Below, piece after piece: positions 1 through 11,193 of a stretch of DNA of 45,136 nucleotides; position 1 is the first letter of the stretch, and each line of letters begins with the position of its first letter. The DNA comes from an uncultured bacterium. GTDB lineage: Bacteria; CSSED10-310; CAZUFC01. Both the position numbers and the translations under genes were made by a program. The stretch spans positions 1 to 45,136 of the forward strand of contig CAZUFC010000068.1 in NCBI GenBank assembly GCA_964619725.1. The letters are read 5' to 3'. The notes under the pieces are model-generated. The model had not been told where the DNA came from, ran no database searches, and saw only the letters and a program-made list of their open reading frames with translations.

Positions 1-55
1 CACAAATTGTCAAAAGTTTTGAAAGAATTGTAACCCCGGCTTGATCAGTCCCAAA
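1..55 (+). repeat. Repeat family A, conserved tail, truncated by window start
   Basis: CACAAATTGTCAAAAGTTTTGAAAGAATT-GTAA-CCCCGGCTTGATCAGTCCCAAA matches 35520-35569 and the reverse complement of 27552-27608. Confidence 0.92.
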
Positions 56-75
56 TCTTTCAATCCTCTGTAATC

Positions 76-327
76 TCACGAAGAACCGAAGTTGAAATAA
101 GCAAACACGCCGTAGATGACCAATATGACGGAAATCACAGGTCCCAGAAGCGCTATAGTTATCCCCAGCCAGGGTTCCAAAAGTCGGCTCAGCTCAAGAA
201 AAACCATTCCCAGCAGCATATACTTCATACCTGAGACGTTCGCTTTCAGTTTCAGGTTTTCCTTTTGCTCCTCCGAGACCGTTTCGTTCCCGCTGTTCAA
301 CTCATTTTTAGCTTGATCATCGCCCAT
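76..327 (-). CDS. Small hypothetical membrane protein (2 TM segments)
   Basis: 83-aa ORF 12 nt downstream of the LysM gene; acidic N-terminus then two hydrophobic stretches. Confidence 0.65.
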   Translation of the reverse strand: MGDDQAKNELNSGNETVSEEQKENLKLKANVSGMKYMLLGMVFLELSRLLEPWLGITIALLGPVISVILVIYGVFAYFNFGSS

Positions 328-339
328 GGTTTTCTGTTC

Positions 340-939
340 TCACTCTGCCTTCACATAGATGACTAAATCTTGCCCGGGATGAATAAGACTCGATTCTGAT
401 TCGAGACCGTTCCAGAATCGTAACTGCTTCAGCGAAACCTTATGCTTCCGGGCTATGGAATATAGTGAGTCGCCTCGTTTGACCCGGTAAGTCGCGGGTT
501 TGCGACCGGGAACAGGTATATCGACGGTCTTGCCCGTCTTAAGCTCCCCGCCGGATTTCGCTCCGTTGAATCGAAGCAGCTCCTCTAACTCCAGGCCGGC
601 TTTGTCCGCAATGCTTTCCCACGTATCGCCTTTTCTGACCTCATATTCCATCATATATTCCGTTTTTGGAATCTCCGGTGTCGGCTTGAGGCCTTCCGTC
701 TCAACAGAGTCATCTTCGCCGGGTTCTTCTGTCGCAATCTCCTCCGATTCTGATATACCCCTTACCGGCGTCTCATCTTCCGATGTCGCTTTATCTGGGG
801 CAACATCCTCCTGAACCGCCGTCGCCGTTATTTCCGTTTCCTTTTCGTCCGGCTGTGGAGATTCGCCGCAACCGAAAACCGCAACCAATAGCAATAATGC
901 CATAATTGAACAAAACGCTTTCTCCCGTTGTAAATTCAT
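340..939 (-). CDS. LysM peptidoglycan-binding lipoprotein (acidic linker, 2 LysM domains)
   Basis: Start moved to ATG 939 (GGAGG upstream); lipobox-like VAVFG-C; YEVRKGDTWESIA and YRVKRGDSLYSIA...LIHPGQDL LysM motifs. Confidence 0.9.
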   Translation of the reverse strand: MNLQREKAFCSIMALLLLVAVFGCGESPQPDEKETEITATAVQEDVAPDKATSEDETPVRGISESEEIATEEPGEDDSVETEGLKPTPEIPKTEYMMEYEVRKGDTWESIADKAGLELEELLRFNGAKSGGELKTGKTVDIPVPGRKPATYRVKRGDSLYSIARKHKVSLKQLRFWNGLESESSLIHPGQDLVIYVKAE

Positions 940-1016
940 TCTGCCTCCGCTTCCTTTTATCTTATTATCCGATGTATTCATGCTGTTTTCTGAAAACATG
1001 GTTTTGCACCAGCAAA

Positions 1017-2072
1017 CTAATTTTCCATCAGCAGTCCGTCTTCCCAGACCATGGCCGGCGGCTTGAAACCCAGGCGCCGCCACACCCGTAAATTGATCTT
1101 CCATAACAGCTTATCGATTTCACGGCTGTGAAATCCCTGTTTAATATTGCCTGAGATGCTTTTCCTCAGCATACCGGCAAGATCAGCGACCAGCTCATCC
1201 TGGTCAGGTTCCCAACCCAAAGCGAACCCTCTCTCGTTAGGATCGCCGGAACCTGCCGTCGGGACAATTAAATCTAATTGAAAATTTACCAGATAACTCA
1301 ATACGTCCTTCGTTAAAATAGCCGGACAGGGCCAATACAACAGCAAACGCGTGTTCAAAGCGTTTTTGTCCAGCATGACTGGCGCTTCCGCCGAATTGGA
1401 TACCGAAATCAACCCAGTTTCAGAATATCCGCCTTTGTCCAGCGATTCTCTGATCCGTTTCCGGTCGCTTGTACAACATAATACCTTTACCGGCCTTAAT
1501 CCCTTGAAAACTTCGGTAAACTTCGTCATCACTCTTTCGATCGACGGCAACAGATAAATATTATGCAGCGCCGTTAACTCCACATTCGATGATTCCTTTA
1601 ACGCCTCGTAAGATAAAGAAATTATCGGCGGCAACCTGGTTTCTATCATCTGGAAAAATTCATATCCATTCAATCCCAACAGCAAAACCGCATCAGGTAC
1701 GGCCACATCAAACGTCCGCTTTAAACGCTGCATCTGAAAAGGCGGATTTATTTCCACTATCTCAGCCTCACCGTCCAACTCTTCAGAAATCCGAAATTTA
1801 ATTTCGTTCATCATTTCATTTGACTCAGGACAGAACAACATGATTATCGGCCCTGACCGCTTCTTACGCTCCTCAAACTGCTTACTCTCTTCCGTAAAAA
1901 AATCAGCAGGCTCCCCCTCATCCTCCGTCGGGCGCTCCGTCTGCTCCATCGATTCATTAAACGAACCGCTCTCTTTCCCTCCATGGGCGCATCCGAAAAT
2001 AATCACAGCCAGGAAAAGCATGCTGACAAAAAACACGAATATTATTGATCGAAAAATTCCTGAATGTCTCAA
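1017..2072 (-). CDS. Putative lipoprotein resembling ABC-type substrate-binding/periplasmic ligand-binding proteins
   Basis: TTG start with GGAGG; IIFG-C lipobox-like; PDAVLLLG and C-terminal WKINLRVWRRLGFKPP resemble the ABC_sub_bind family ending. Confidence 0.6.
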   Translation of the reverse strand: MRHSGIFRSIIFVFFVSMLFLAVIIFGCAHGGKESGSFNESMEQTERPTEDEGEPADFFTEESKQFEERKKRSGPIIMLFCPESNEMMNEIKFRISEELDGEAEIVEINPPFQMQRLKRTFDVAVPDAVLLLGLNGYEFFQMIETRLPPIISLSYEALKESSNVELTALHNIYLLPSIERVMTKFTEVFKGLRPVKVLCCTSDRKRIRESLDKGGYSETGLISVSNSAEAPVMLDKNALNTRLLLYWPCPAILTKDVLSYLVNFQLDLIVPTAGSGDPNERGFALGWEPDQDELVADLAGMLRKSISGNIKQGFHSREIDKLLWKINLRVWRRLGFKPPAMVWEDGLLMEN

Positions 2073-2090
2073 TCGATTCCTCCAACCCGA

Positions 2091-2119
2091 AGAGTAAAGC
2101 AGTACAGAAAAGAAATCAA
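2091..2119 (-). promoter_or_regulatory. Putative sigma70 promoter for the 2072 lipoprotein
   Basis: TTGATT-17 nt-TACTCT on the minus strand. Confidence 0.45.
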
Positions 2120-2150
2120 GAGACCCGATAAGCGGCCGTCATTATTTCTG

Positions 2151-2180
2151 TTGCAAAACGGTACATAAACGAATTATTAT
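2151..2180 (+). promoter_or_regulatory. Putative sigma70 promoter for the beta-CASP gene
   Basis: TTGCAA-18 nt-TATTAT. Confidence 0.45.
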
Positions 2181-2233
2181 AAACGTCGATGTTCTAACGG
2201 TCATGTAACTAAGCCGCCATAAAGGATTTCGAG

Positions 2234-3625
2234 ATGAATTTTACAATTAAATTTTTAGGAGCTGCCGGAACCGTCACCGGCTCAAAGTTTCTGACTACAA
2301 TCAGCGATACGGGAACTTCTTTGCGATTTTTAGTTGATTGCGGATTATTCCAAGGCAAAAAAGAATTGAGGACAAAAAACTGGCAGCCTTTCCCTCATGA
2401 TGCGACGCAAATTGACAGCATCTTCATCACGCATGCGCATCTGGACCATGCGGGTTACCTGCCCCGGCTGTGTCGAATGGGTTTCAAGGGCGATGTTTAT
2501 TGCACCGAACCCACTCGTGATTTACTGAAAATTACGCTTCTGGATTCAGCTAAAATACAGGAAGAAGAAGCGGAATACGCCAATCGAAAAGGATTCTCAA
2601 AACATAAACCGGCCCTGCCGCTTTATAATACGGCCGATGCTGAAAAGGCGCTGGATAAAATCAAAATTCTGCCTTATGAAAAATTAACCAATATAGCGAA
2701 AGAGGTAAACGTTCTTTGCAGTCACGCCGGTCACATACTCGGCTCGGTCATGTACACCTTTAACGCAGGTTCAAAATCCGTTCTGTTTACCGGCGATATC
2801 GGACGTTTCGGAAGTCCGGTTATGCCTGAACCTTTTCTGCCCGAATCAATCGATACTCTCATCCTGGAATCCACATACGGAGATCGCACTCACGAAGACG
2901 CCGGCGCCAAAGAAATACTTGAAAAAGAGATTCTGGAATCCGTCGACAGAAAAGGCGTGATCGTAATACCCGCTTTTACCATCGGAAGGACGCAGACGCT
3001 TCTTTATCTTATCCGCGAACTTGAAGACGAAAAGCGGATACCCGTTCTATCCGTTTTTATGGACAGCCCCATGGCCATCGACGTCACTCAACTCTATCGA
3101 AAACATGCGGACCGTCTGGACCCGGAAACGCGAACCCTGGTCGAACAGGGCGACAAACCCCTGTTGCCTGACGGGTTGAAAATATGCCGCTCCCGCGACG
3201 AATCCATGACCATTAATTCCGTCAGAAAAAACGCCATTATTATTTCAGCATCAGGAATGGCTACGGCCGGAAGAATTCTGCATCATCTGAAAATACGCAT
3301 GGACGAACCTGAAAATACGGTGATCTTTCCGGGTTACCAGGCCGCCGGAACAAGAGGTAGACGCATACTGGACGGCGAAAAACATATTAAAATTCACGGC
3401 AGATACATACCCGTCAAAGCAAAAATAGTTAATCTGGAAGGCTTGTCCGCTCATGCCGATTACAGGGAAATCCTCTCCTGGCTGGAAAGATTCGATACTC
3501 TGCCCAAAAAAATATTCCTGGTTCACGGAGAACCAGAATCTTCACAATCACTGGCTCAAAAAATAAATGAACAATTCGACCTGGTACCCGTCATCCCAGG
3601 TTACCTGGATGAATACAGCGTATAA
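2234..3625 (+). CDS. MBL-fold beta-CASP ribonuclease (YSH1/CPSF73-like bacterial family)
   Basis: LGAAGTVTGS, LVDCGLFQG, THAHLDH, AGHILGS, FTGD, ESTYG, ASGM, SAHAD, VHGE motifs. Confidence 0.93.
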   Translation: MNFTIKFLGAAGTVTGSKFLTTISDTGTSLRFLVDCGLFQGKKELRTKNWQPFPHDATQIDSIFITHAHLDHAGYLPRLCRMGFKGDVYCTEPTRDLLKITLLDSAKIQEEEAEYANRKGFSKHKPALPLYNTADAEKALDKIKILPYEKLTNIAKEVNVLCSHAGHILGSVMYTFNAGSKSVLFTGDIGRFGSPVMPEPFLPESIDTLILESTYGDRTHEDAGAKEILEKEILESVDRKGVIVIPAFTIGRTQTLLYLIRELEDEKRIPVLSVFMDSPMAIDVTQLYRKHADRLDPETRTLVEQGDKPLLPDGLKICRSRDESMTINSVRKNAIIISASGMATAGRILHHLKIRMDEPENTVIFPGYQAAGTRGRRILDGEKHIKIHGRYIPVKAKIVNLEGLSAHADYREILSWLERFDTLPKKIFLVHGEPESSQSLAQKINEQFDLVPVIPGYLDEYSV

Positions 3626-3668
3626 CCCGCATTTTTGTCAGTAAGGATTGCCGCCGGTTCCTGCTGTC

Positions 3669-3732
3669 AAGGGTCGCGAAGGGACGCAAGAGACGTAGAA
3701 GACCGAAGAAACCAAAGGGACTTAAAGGACTT
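3669..3732 (+). repeat. Degenerate 9-nt tandem array (consensus AAGGGACNN), about 7 units
   Basis: aagggtcgc-g-aagggacgc aagagacgt agaagaccg aagaaacca aagggactt aaaggactt; inverse array at 27403-27446. Confidence 0.7.
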
Positions 3733-3765
3733 GAGTTGAGGTATGAGCGGTTTTTGTTGCTGTTT

Positions 3766-3794
3766 TTGACTTTGCGTTCAGCGGGGATTATAAT
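3766..3794 (+). promoter_or_regulatory. sigma70 promoter of glnS
   Basis: TTGACT-17 nt-TATAAT. Confidence 0.8.
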
Positions 3795-3902
3795 TCATTG
3801 TTTCGTTCCGTTTTGCGAATCGACGGGATCGCAAGAGCGGAATTTTCATTTCGTCAACGGCTTGAAACGCCTTTGCATTTCTTTCAGGAGGTAAGGAAAA
3901 AA

Positions 3903-5612
3903 ATGACGGCCCAAGAGAATGCTCCAGCTCCTAATTTCATACGCAACATCATCATCGAGGACATCAAAAACAACAAAAACGACGGCAAAGTGAAGACTCG
4001 TTTTCCTCCTGAACCTAACGGCTATCTTCATATCGGACATGCCAAGTCGATCTGTTTGAATTTCGGTATGGCAAGGGAATTCAACGGCCCCTGTCATTTG
4101 CGATTCGACGACACTAATCCGATAAAAGAGGAAGCCGAATATGTGGAATCGATGAAAGAAGACATAAAGTGGCTGGGTTTTGATTGGGGAGAACATCTTT
4201 ATTTTGCATCGGATTATTTCGATCGCCTGTATGAATACGCGGTTGAACTTATCAGGAAAGGCCTGGCTTATGTCGACAGCTTAAGCCCGGAAGAAATCAG
4301 GCGCTACCGGGGGACATTGACTGAACCCGGACAAAACAGCCCTTACCGTGAGAGGTCGATTGAAGAGAACCTGGACTTGTTCAAGCGCATGAAGGACGGC
4401 GAATTCAAGGAAGGCGAAATGGTCCTGAGGGCAAAAATAGATATGGCATCGCCCAACATGAACATGCGGGACCCTGCCGTTTACAGAATCCTCAAAGCCT
4501 CACATCATCGCACAGGCGATAAATGGTGCATTTATCCCATGTACGATTTCACGCATTGTCTCTCGGATTCCATTGAAGGTATAACCCATTCCCTCTGCAC
4601 GCTTGAGTTTGAAGATCATCGCCCCTTATACGACTGGTTTCTCGACATGCTGGAAGTGGAATGCCATCCTCAGCAGATTGAATTCGCCAGGTTGTTCCTG
4701 AGTCATACAGTCGTAAGCAAGCGAAAGCTCTTGAAATTAGTTCGGGAAGGTTACGTGGATGGTTGGAACGATCCGCGCATGCCCACTCTTTCCGGCATGC
4801 GCAGGCGGGGTTACACTCCTGCCGCCATACGTAATTTCTGTGAAAGAATCGGGGTCGCCAAGCGGGAAAGCATGGTCGACATTGCCCTGCTTGAACATTG
4901 CCTGCGGGAAGACCTGAATATGAACTCGCCCAGGGTTATGGGCGTCCTGAATCCTCTGAAAGTGGTTATTACAAACTATCCGGAAGATAAAACCGAGGAG
5001 CTGGATGCGGTTAACAATCCCGAAAAAGAGGAAGAGGGTACCCGGAAAGTTCCTTTTTCCAGAGAGTTGTATATAGAACGGGATGACTTCATGGAAAAAC
5101 CGCCCCGGAAGTTTTACCGGCTTGGTCCCGGCAGAGAAGTCAGACTGCGATACGCCTATTACTTGAGATGCGAAGATGTGATCAAGGACCCCGCAACCGG
5201 CGAAGTAAAAGAACTGCATTGCACCATCGATCCGGCCACCAGAGGCGGCTGGTCGCCCGACGGAAGAAAAGTCAAAGCCACCCTCCACTGGGTCTCTGCA
5301 GCTCATGCCCTGGATGCGGAAGTCCGCCTTTACGAGAACTTGTTCACTAAAGAAAACCCCAATGAAGAGGAAGAAGGGAAAACTTTCATCGATTACCTCA
5401 ATCCCGACTCTTTAAATATACTTAAATCATGCAGGGTTGAACCCTCTCTGGCCGAAGCTGCTCCCGGCAGCCGATTCCAATTCGAAAGAAAAGGGTATTT
5501 CTGCGTGGATACGGAAGACTCCTCAAAGGATAATCTGGTATTCAACCGCACTGTCTCTCTTCGTGATACCTGGGCCAAAATCCAGAAGCGCGGGAAAAAA
5601 CAGCAGAGTTAA
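3903..5612 (+). CDS. glnS: Glutamine--tRNA ligase
   Basis: Start ATG 3903 after [35 protein letters not shown] (KMSKS-like), [10 protein letters not shown]-terminal FQFERKGYF...FNRTVSLRD. Confidence 0.97.
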   Translation: MTAQENAPAPNFIRNIIIEDIKNNKNDGKVKTRFPPEPNGYLHIGHAKSICLNFGMAREFNGPCHLRFDDTNPIKEEAEYVESMKEDIKWLGFDWGEHLYFASDYFDRLYEYAVELIRKGLAYVDSLSPEEIRRYRGTLTEPGQNSPYRERSIEENLDLFKRMKDGEFKEGEMVLRAKIDMASPNMNMRDPAVYRILKASHHRTGDKWCIYPMYDFTHCLSDSIEGITHSLCTLEFEDHRPLYDWFLDMLEVECHPQQIEFARLFLSHTVVSKRKLLKLVREGYVDGWNDPRMPTLSGMRRRGYTPAAIRNFCERIGVAKRESMVDIALLEHCLREDLNMNSPRVMGVLNPLKVVITNYPEDKTEELDAVNNPEKEEEGTRKVPFSRELYIERDDFMEKPPRKFYRLGPGREVRLRYAYYLRCEDVIKDPATGEVKELHCTIDPATRGGWSPDGRKVKATLHWVSAAHALDAEVRLYENLFTKENPNEEEEGKTFIDYLNPDSLNILKSCRVEPSLAEAAPGSRFQFERKGYFCVDTEDSSKDNLVFNRTVSLRDTWAKIQKRGKKQQS

Positions 5613-5720
5613 TCGGAAAACCCGGATAAAAAGTAAAACGGAACTTCGAAAAAAACAATTCTGTATTGTTCCTATTCGAAAAACGCCTCTTTGAACATTG
5701 CCGAAATCGATTGCGCCTGC

Positions 5721-8030
5721 TTATTGCTTCTCCTTCGTTTCTTCCATCACTTCCCGGATCATCTGTTTCATCTGCTCGCGGTTCATATCTGAACCTTCCC
5801 ATTTCAGTTTTATGGGATCGCTGGCCTCGCCGAAATACAACGACTGATGAGGAAACGGAATTTCGATATTCAGTTCGTCGAATCGTTTCTTTATTCTTCG
5901 GTTCATTTCACGTCCTACGTGCCATTGTTTGATGGGAAGCGTCTTTATTCGGGCCTTGATTATCAGAGCAGAATCGCCGAACTGGTCCAATCCCAGTATT
6001 TCAATCGGCTCAAGTATTTCCGGCTTGTATTCCTCATCCTCCATAATTTCAGCGCCGATCTCCTTCAATACTTCCATAACCCGGTCCACATCTTCTTTGT
6101 AAGCCACGCCCACATTGAAGACGTAATAGGAAAATTCCTGGGTCATATTGGACAGCGAGTTGATGGTTCCGTTCGGAAATACGTGCACGGTACCATCAAG
6201 CGAACGCAGAATGGTCGTCCTTAAATTAACCTGTTGGACCAGTCCGCCCGTGCCGTCGATTATGGCTACGTCCCCTTCTCTAATCCTGTTTTCAAATATT
6301 AAAAACAATCCGCTGATGACGTCCCGGACCAGGTTCTGCGCTCCGAAACCTACCGCCAGTCCTATGATCCCCGCACCGGCTATTAAGGGTTTTATGTCGA
6401 ATCCCAGGTCCGCAAATATCATCATTACCGTTATCGTCACTATCGTTATTAAAAACGTCTTTCGAAATACTCTTTCCAGCGTCGTTACCCGTTTCTCCGC
6501 TTCCTGAATCGATATTCCGCCGACTTTCACCATCCGCGATTCAGCCTGCTTCCTGGCCTTCTTTATGATGAAATAGGCCGTCTGAATCAGAAGCATCGCC
6601 AAAAGCACAGTGAAGGGTATTCGAAGTATCCGTTTCACCAGCTCTCCGTTTAATCGTATGAATTTATATACGTTTAATCCCCATATTTCCAGCAAAAACA
6701 GGCACGCTGCAGCAACCAGAATTCCGTAAACCGACTTTTCAAGTATATTCACATATCTGTTCACCTGCTTCTCCATATCCGGGTACCTCTCTCTTATCCC
6801 CACCGCCACGTCAAATATCTTCTTGAACGCATATTTCCATAATAACGACAAGCCTGCAGCTACTATTATCAGGACGATACTTTTCAGCGTCGCAGCAAGC
6901 ACAGCTTTGAAAATCGTCGAAAAACCCAGGAGCGACAGGACGGCCAGAAAAGCAAAATACATGATCGCCAGAATATAGGCTTTGCCCGCCAGGTAATTCC
7001 CCGACCGCTTCAATCCCAATAACCAACGGGGATCATCGTCGCCTGTCCTTAGCGACAGCGCCTTCTCTATGCTCTGCTTCCATTGAGCAAATATTATCGC
7101 TATCATTATCACCAATCCGATTTTCAAAACGGAACTCAGAAAAACTACGAGCGTCCTCCGCATAAAAACGCTGCACGGTATGATCAGAATAAACATCCAT
7201 AATGCGAATAAAAATATCCGGCGACTCCAGATGAAAATATAATTGGCCGTATCATCCTTCATTTTCAGGACCCGGCCGGCCGACGCTTCAGGCGAAAGTA
7301 CATGAAAAGCGAAATTTTTCGCTGCCGAATACGCCGTCAAGGCGATCAACCAATACAAAAATAATAACTTGACCGGAGCAGAAACGGCAGTCAACAGAAA
7401 AAAGATATAAAAAATGATGAAAATCGCTCCCCAGGTCAATACCCTTAATAAAGCGCTGATGACGGCATTGAACAACCCGGATAATGTCGACTCGTATTTT
7501 TTAACGGACCGTTTCTTTTCAATTTTTTTAATGAAAATACGCATTATGATCCAGGCCGCCGCTCCCGCCAAAAAAGCGATCAAAAATTTAATCAAAATCG
7601 AATAAACATACTGACGGTTTTCTTTTACGCTCATATACTGCTTTATTTTCGAATAACCCAACGGAATCTGACCCGTTTCATCACCCAATTTTTTAATCCC
7701 CTCAATGATTTGGGATTTGTAGTCGTCGTAACTCCTGAATATGTTGGCGGGAACCCATTCAACTTTCGGAAGAGCCTTCTTTTCTTCGGCCCTCGCCTCC
7801 AGAGCGATCAAAATTTTTTCTAAATCAGCGGCCAGTTGTTTCGATTTTTCTGGATTCTCCAATAATTGAATAACTTCCTTCAATTCGGCAATGTGAGTTT
7901 TCTGTAAATCAGCTTCTGGCGTCTCCGAATCAGAGATTACGGACTGAGAAGTCGCTGAATGGGGAACGAAAACGACTGCGGAAAAAAACAACATAGCGGA
8001 CAGGAGAAATTTAAATGTTTTAAAATTCAC
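5721..8030 (-). CDS. Large MscS-family mechanosensitive channel (signal peptide, extra TM helices)
   Basis: AGAGIIGLAVGFGAQNLVRDVISGLFLIFE, GDVAIIDG, NLRTTILR, FPNG, EIPFPH motifs. Confidence 0.92.
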   Translation of the reverse strand: MNFKTFKFLLSAMLFFSAVVFVPHSATSQSVISDSETPEADLQKTHIAELKEVIQLLENPEKSKQLAADLEKILIALEARAEEKKALPKVEWVPANIFRSYDDYKSQIIEGIKKLGDETGQIPLGYSKIKQYMSVKENRQYVYSILIKFLIAFLAGAAAWIIMRIFIKKIEKKRSVKKYESTLSGLFNAVISALLRVLTWGAIFIIFYIFFLLTAVSAPVKLLFLYWLIALTAYSAAKNFAFHVLSPEASAGRVLKMKDDTANYIFIWSRRIFLFALWMFILIIPCSVFMRRTLVVFLSSVLKIGLVIMIAIIFAQWKQSIEKALSLRTGDDDPRWLLGLKRSGNYLAGKAYILAIMYFAFLAVLSLLGFSTIFKAVLAATLKSIVLIIVAAGLSLLWKYAFKKIFDVAVGIRERYPDMEKQVNRYVNILEKSVYGILVAAACLFLLEIWGLNVYKFIRLNGELVKRILRIPFTVLLAMLLIQTAYFIIKKARKQAESRMVKVGGISIQEAEKRVTTLERVFRKTFLITIVTITVMMIFADLGFDIKPLIAGAGIIGLAVGFGAQNLVRDVISGLFLIFENRIREGDVAIIDGTGGLVQQVNLRTTILRSLDGTVHVFPNGTINSLSNMTQEFSYYVFNVGVAYKEDVDRVMEVLKEIGAEIMEDEEYKPEILEPIEILGLDQFGDSALIIKARIKTLPIKQWHVGREMNRRIKKRFDELNIEIPFPHQSLYFGEASDPIKLKWEGSDMNREQMKQMIREVMEETKEKQ

Positions 8031-8337
8031 GATTTAGCCCCCTTCTATCACTTCAAAAAGAAATTTTTCTGTTTTTCATAAATCAAGAGAGAAGCATCGC
8101 TGCTCATTTTATTATATAATTGATTAAAAAATCAGACAAGACTGCCGTTTACAGGGGAGGTCGCCGGCCCGGTCCCGCGGTTTATAGCGATTAGATGCCG
8201 GTCATGCGTTGCGACTTACCGGATTTGGTCAGCATATTTGAAATTTCAGATCGGTTGTTTTATTAGTTATTCTGAAGGATTAATCGGAGAAGTCGATCGA
8301 AGGGTCTAACCTAGTAATGAAGGAGAGGAATCGACAG

Positions 8338-9528
8338 ATGGATGAAAAGATGATGGATGACGTTCGTGAGTTGGCGGGAATAGAGGACCGCGGACCGGGG
8401 AGTGCGGGCGAAGCCAGGGCAGCAGAATACGTTGCCTCCAGGATGACCGACCTGGGGCTTTCGCCTGAAGTTCATAAATTCCGTATGTTGCCGCATTTCG
8501 GATTTTCATGGGCTTTACATGGTTTACTCTGCCTGACAGCCTGCATCCTGGCTTATTATTATCCGTTTCTCGCAGCCTGCATTGTGTTGTTCGCCATTAT
8601 TTCCTTTGAGGGAGACACTTCAGGTAAATTTTATTTTATTCGACGCGTTTTGCCTCCTGGTTCAAGCCGGCACGTGATAGGGAGTTTAAAACCGGGCGGG
8701 AAAGTTTTGAAGACGATATACGTTGCAGCGCACATGGATGCCGGTCAGATGGGATTCCTGTTGAATCCCAAAAACGCCGTGCGGATATCCAGATTATCCA
8801 AAAAGCTTTTTAACGTTCAGCCGCCATTGTTGATGCCGATATTCTGGAGTATGGCGTTCACATTGATAGCCGTTCTGATCCACGCTTTTTTCGGTACGAC
8901 TATCGTTACCGATGTATTGCTTATTGTTGCGATCATATTCAATTTGACGATCATTGTGACGGTTTCCGGTTTTGAATTCGCCAGGATCAGTCCCGGAGCG
9001 AACGACAATGCTTCAGGCGTCGCCGTCATGCTGGATTTGATCCGGAGGTTCCGGCAAAAGCCTTTGCATAACAGTGAAATCAGGTTTATGGGAGTAGGCA
9101 GCGAAGAAACCTTTATGAACGGCATGGCCACATATTTAAATAAAACGGAAAAAATGCTGGACAAAAAGAATACTCTTTTTCTGGTGCCGGAGTCATGCGG
9201 GGTGGGGAAACCGAAAGTAATCATAGGCGAAGGGGTATCAGGAATCGTATATAACGATCCGGCATTATGCGGAGCGGCCCTGGTCGCGGCCAAAAAACTG
9301 GGATACAAGGAAACAGAGCCCATCGTGCTGCGATCCGGCGGTACGGATGTTTCTCCGGCGACCAGGAGAGGATTCGCCGCCACCGGCATCATTTGCACTG
9401 ATGATGACTATTACGTTCCCAATTATCACTGGACCGGCGATACTCCCGAAAATATCGAACCGGAAACGCTAAAAAAATCAGCCGATATTTTCGAGGAAAC
9501 CATTCGAATTGTAGACGATGTTTTCTAA
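8338..9528 (+). CDS. Membrane-embedded M28-family zinc peptidase
   Basis: Start after AGGAGAGG; RGPGSAGE, AAHMD, GANDNASG, SEE, YHWTGD; two inserted TM hairpins. Confidence 0.85.
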   Translation: MDEKMMDDVRELAGIEDRGPGSAGEARAAEYVASRMTDLGLSPEVHKFRMLPHFGFSWALHGLLCLTACILAYYYPFLAACIVLFAIISFEGDTSGKFYFIRRVLPPGSSRHVIGSLKPGGKVLKTIYVAAHMDAGQMGFLLNPKNAVRISRLSKKLFNVQPPLLMPIFWSMAFTLIAVLIHAFFGTTIVTDVLLIVAIIFNLTIIVTVSGFEFARISPGANDNASGVAVMLDLIRRFRQKPLHNSEIRFMGVGSEETFMNGMATYLNKTEKMLDKKNTLFLVPESCGVGKPKVIIGEGVSGIVYNDPALCGAALVAAKKLGYKETEPIVLRSGGTDVSPATRRGFAATGIICTDDDYYVPNYHWTGDTPENIEPETLKKSADIFEETIRIVDDVF

Positions 9529-9767
9529 GCGGGGCTTAAACGAATCTTAAAGATAATCAAAACAGCCGGGTTTCAGGACATGTTTACATAGCCTCCGACA
9601 ATCCCGGATTACACGAATCACTGGTGGAAGACGGGATGGGCGGAAGCTTGGATGGTTGACCTGTCAGGTTGGTTGCGAAGGGCTTTGACCGCTTGCGTTG
9701 TCCTCGATATGCTTCGGATTTACAATCGATGCCGACATGAAAAAAGATCAGCGCTTTCATTTCTTAT

Positions 9768-9796
9768 TTGACAGAAAAAGACATTGGCCATAGAAT
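9768..9796 (+). promoter_or_regulatory. sigma70 promoter of glyQS
   Basis: TTGACA-17 nt-TAGAAT. Confidence 0.8.
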
Positions 9797-9852
9797 TTTG
9801 TTCCTTTTGAGACTCCCTGTCGGGAGTGCAACTTATTACGGGGAGCGTGAAA

Positions 9853-11193
9853 ATGACTATTGATATGGACAAAATCGTATCGCTTTGCAAACGAAGAGGA
9901 TTCATTTTTCCCAACAGCGAAATTTACGGAGGATTGGGCAACACCTGGGATTATGGGCCGTTAGGAGTGGAACTGAAGAATAACGTCAAGAATGCCTGGC
10001 GACGGGCCGTGGTGCAGGAGCGTGATGACATGGAACCGCTTGACGCTGCTATACTGATGAATCCCCGGGTTTGGGAGGCTTCAGGGCACGTCAAAGGATT
10101 CACCGACCCGCTGATTGACTGCAAGCAGTGCAAAAAACGTTTCAAGGGCGATGACATAGAAGGCGACCGTTGTCCGAATTGCGGAGGCGAACTGACGGAA
10201 GCCAGACAATTCAATCTCATGTTTAAAACGTTCATCGGGCCCGTGGAAAACGATGCCTCTATAGCTTTTCTGCGTCCGGAAACCGCCCAGGGCATTTTCG
10301 TTAATTTTCTCAACGTCGTGAATTCCATGCGAAAGCGACCTCCATTCGGCATAGCGCAAATCGGAAAGGCTTTTCGAAATGAAATAACGCCCGGTAATTT
10401 TACCTTTAGAACCCGGGAATTCGAGCAGATGGAAATCGAATATTTCGTAAAACCGGGCGAGGATCAGGAATGGTTCGATCACTGGGTAAAGGAACGCCTG
10501 GACTGGTACATTCGTTTCGGCATCACCAGGGAGAATCTGCGTCTCAGAGACCACGAAGAAGACGAACTCGCACATTATGCAAAATCGTGCAAAGATATTG
10601 AATACTGCTTCCCGATGGGCTGGTCTGAACTGGAGGGTATCGCCAATCGAACGGACTATGACCTGAAAAAACACGCACAATACAGCGGTAAAGATATGAG
10701 TTATTTCGACGACAGAGACAGATCGCGATACATTCCTTACGTCATAGAACCTTCCGCCGGCGCGGACCGTTCTACCTTGGCCTTCCTGGTGGATGCTTAC
10801 CGGGAAGAAAAACTGAAAAAGGGCAAACGCACCGTCCTCGGATTCCACCCGGCCATTGCTCCGGTTAAAGCCGCCGTCCTCCCTCTGCTCCGCAAAGACT
10901 CCGATATCGTCGAAACAGCTAAAAAACTGGCCAGGGACCTCCGAAACCATTTCTCCGTCCGTTACGACGATACGGCCGGTATCGGAAGACTCTACCGGCG
11001 ACAGGATGAAATCGGCACCATTTTTTGCATCACGGTTGACGTTGATTCCAAAGAAGACCAGCAGGTTACCGTTAGACACAGGGATTCCATGGAACAGGAA
11101 CGTATTCCCATCGCAAATGTTGAAGAATACCTACGGAATGAACTCGACGAAGCTTCCCGGAAGGATTCTGCAGGCCATAGCGAACGTAGTTGA
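9853..11193 (+). CDS. glyQS: Glycine--tRNA ligase, homodimeric (alpha2) type
   Basis: [62 protein letters not shown]. Confidence 0.97.
   Translation: MTIDMDKIVSLCKRRGFIFPNSEIYGGLGNTWDYGPLGVELKNNVKNAWRRAVVQERDDMEPLDAAILMNPRVWEASGHVKGFTDPLIDCKQCKKRFKGDDIEGDRCPNCGGELTEARQFNLMFKTFIGPVENDASIAFLRPETAQGIFVNFLNVVNSMRKRPPFGIAQIGKAFRNEITPGNFTFRTREFEQMEIEYFVKPGEDQEWFDHWVKERLDWYIRFGITRENLRLRDHEEDELAHYAKSCKDIEYCFPMGWSELEGIANRTDYDLKKHAQYSGKDMSYFDDRDRSRYIPYVIEPSAGADRSTLAFLVDAYREEKLKKGKRTVLGFHPAIAPVKAAVLPLLRKDSDIVETAKKLARDLRNHFSVRYDDTAGIGRLYRRQDEIGTIFCITVDVDSKEDQQVTVRHRDSMEQERIPIANVEEYLRNELDEASRKDSAGHSERS

Noticed and set aside
9530-9850. Possible T-box or ncRNA upstream of glyQS
   Set aside because: No T-box consensus; a strong promoter lies only about 55 nt before the start codon.
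10081-11079. Long antisense ORFs (also 4737-5306, 13732-14472, 43766-44356)
   Set aside because: Shadows of well-supported genes on the opposite strand.
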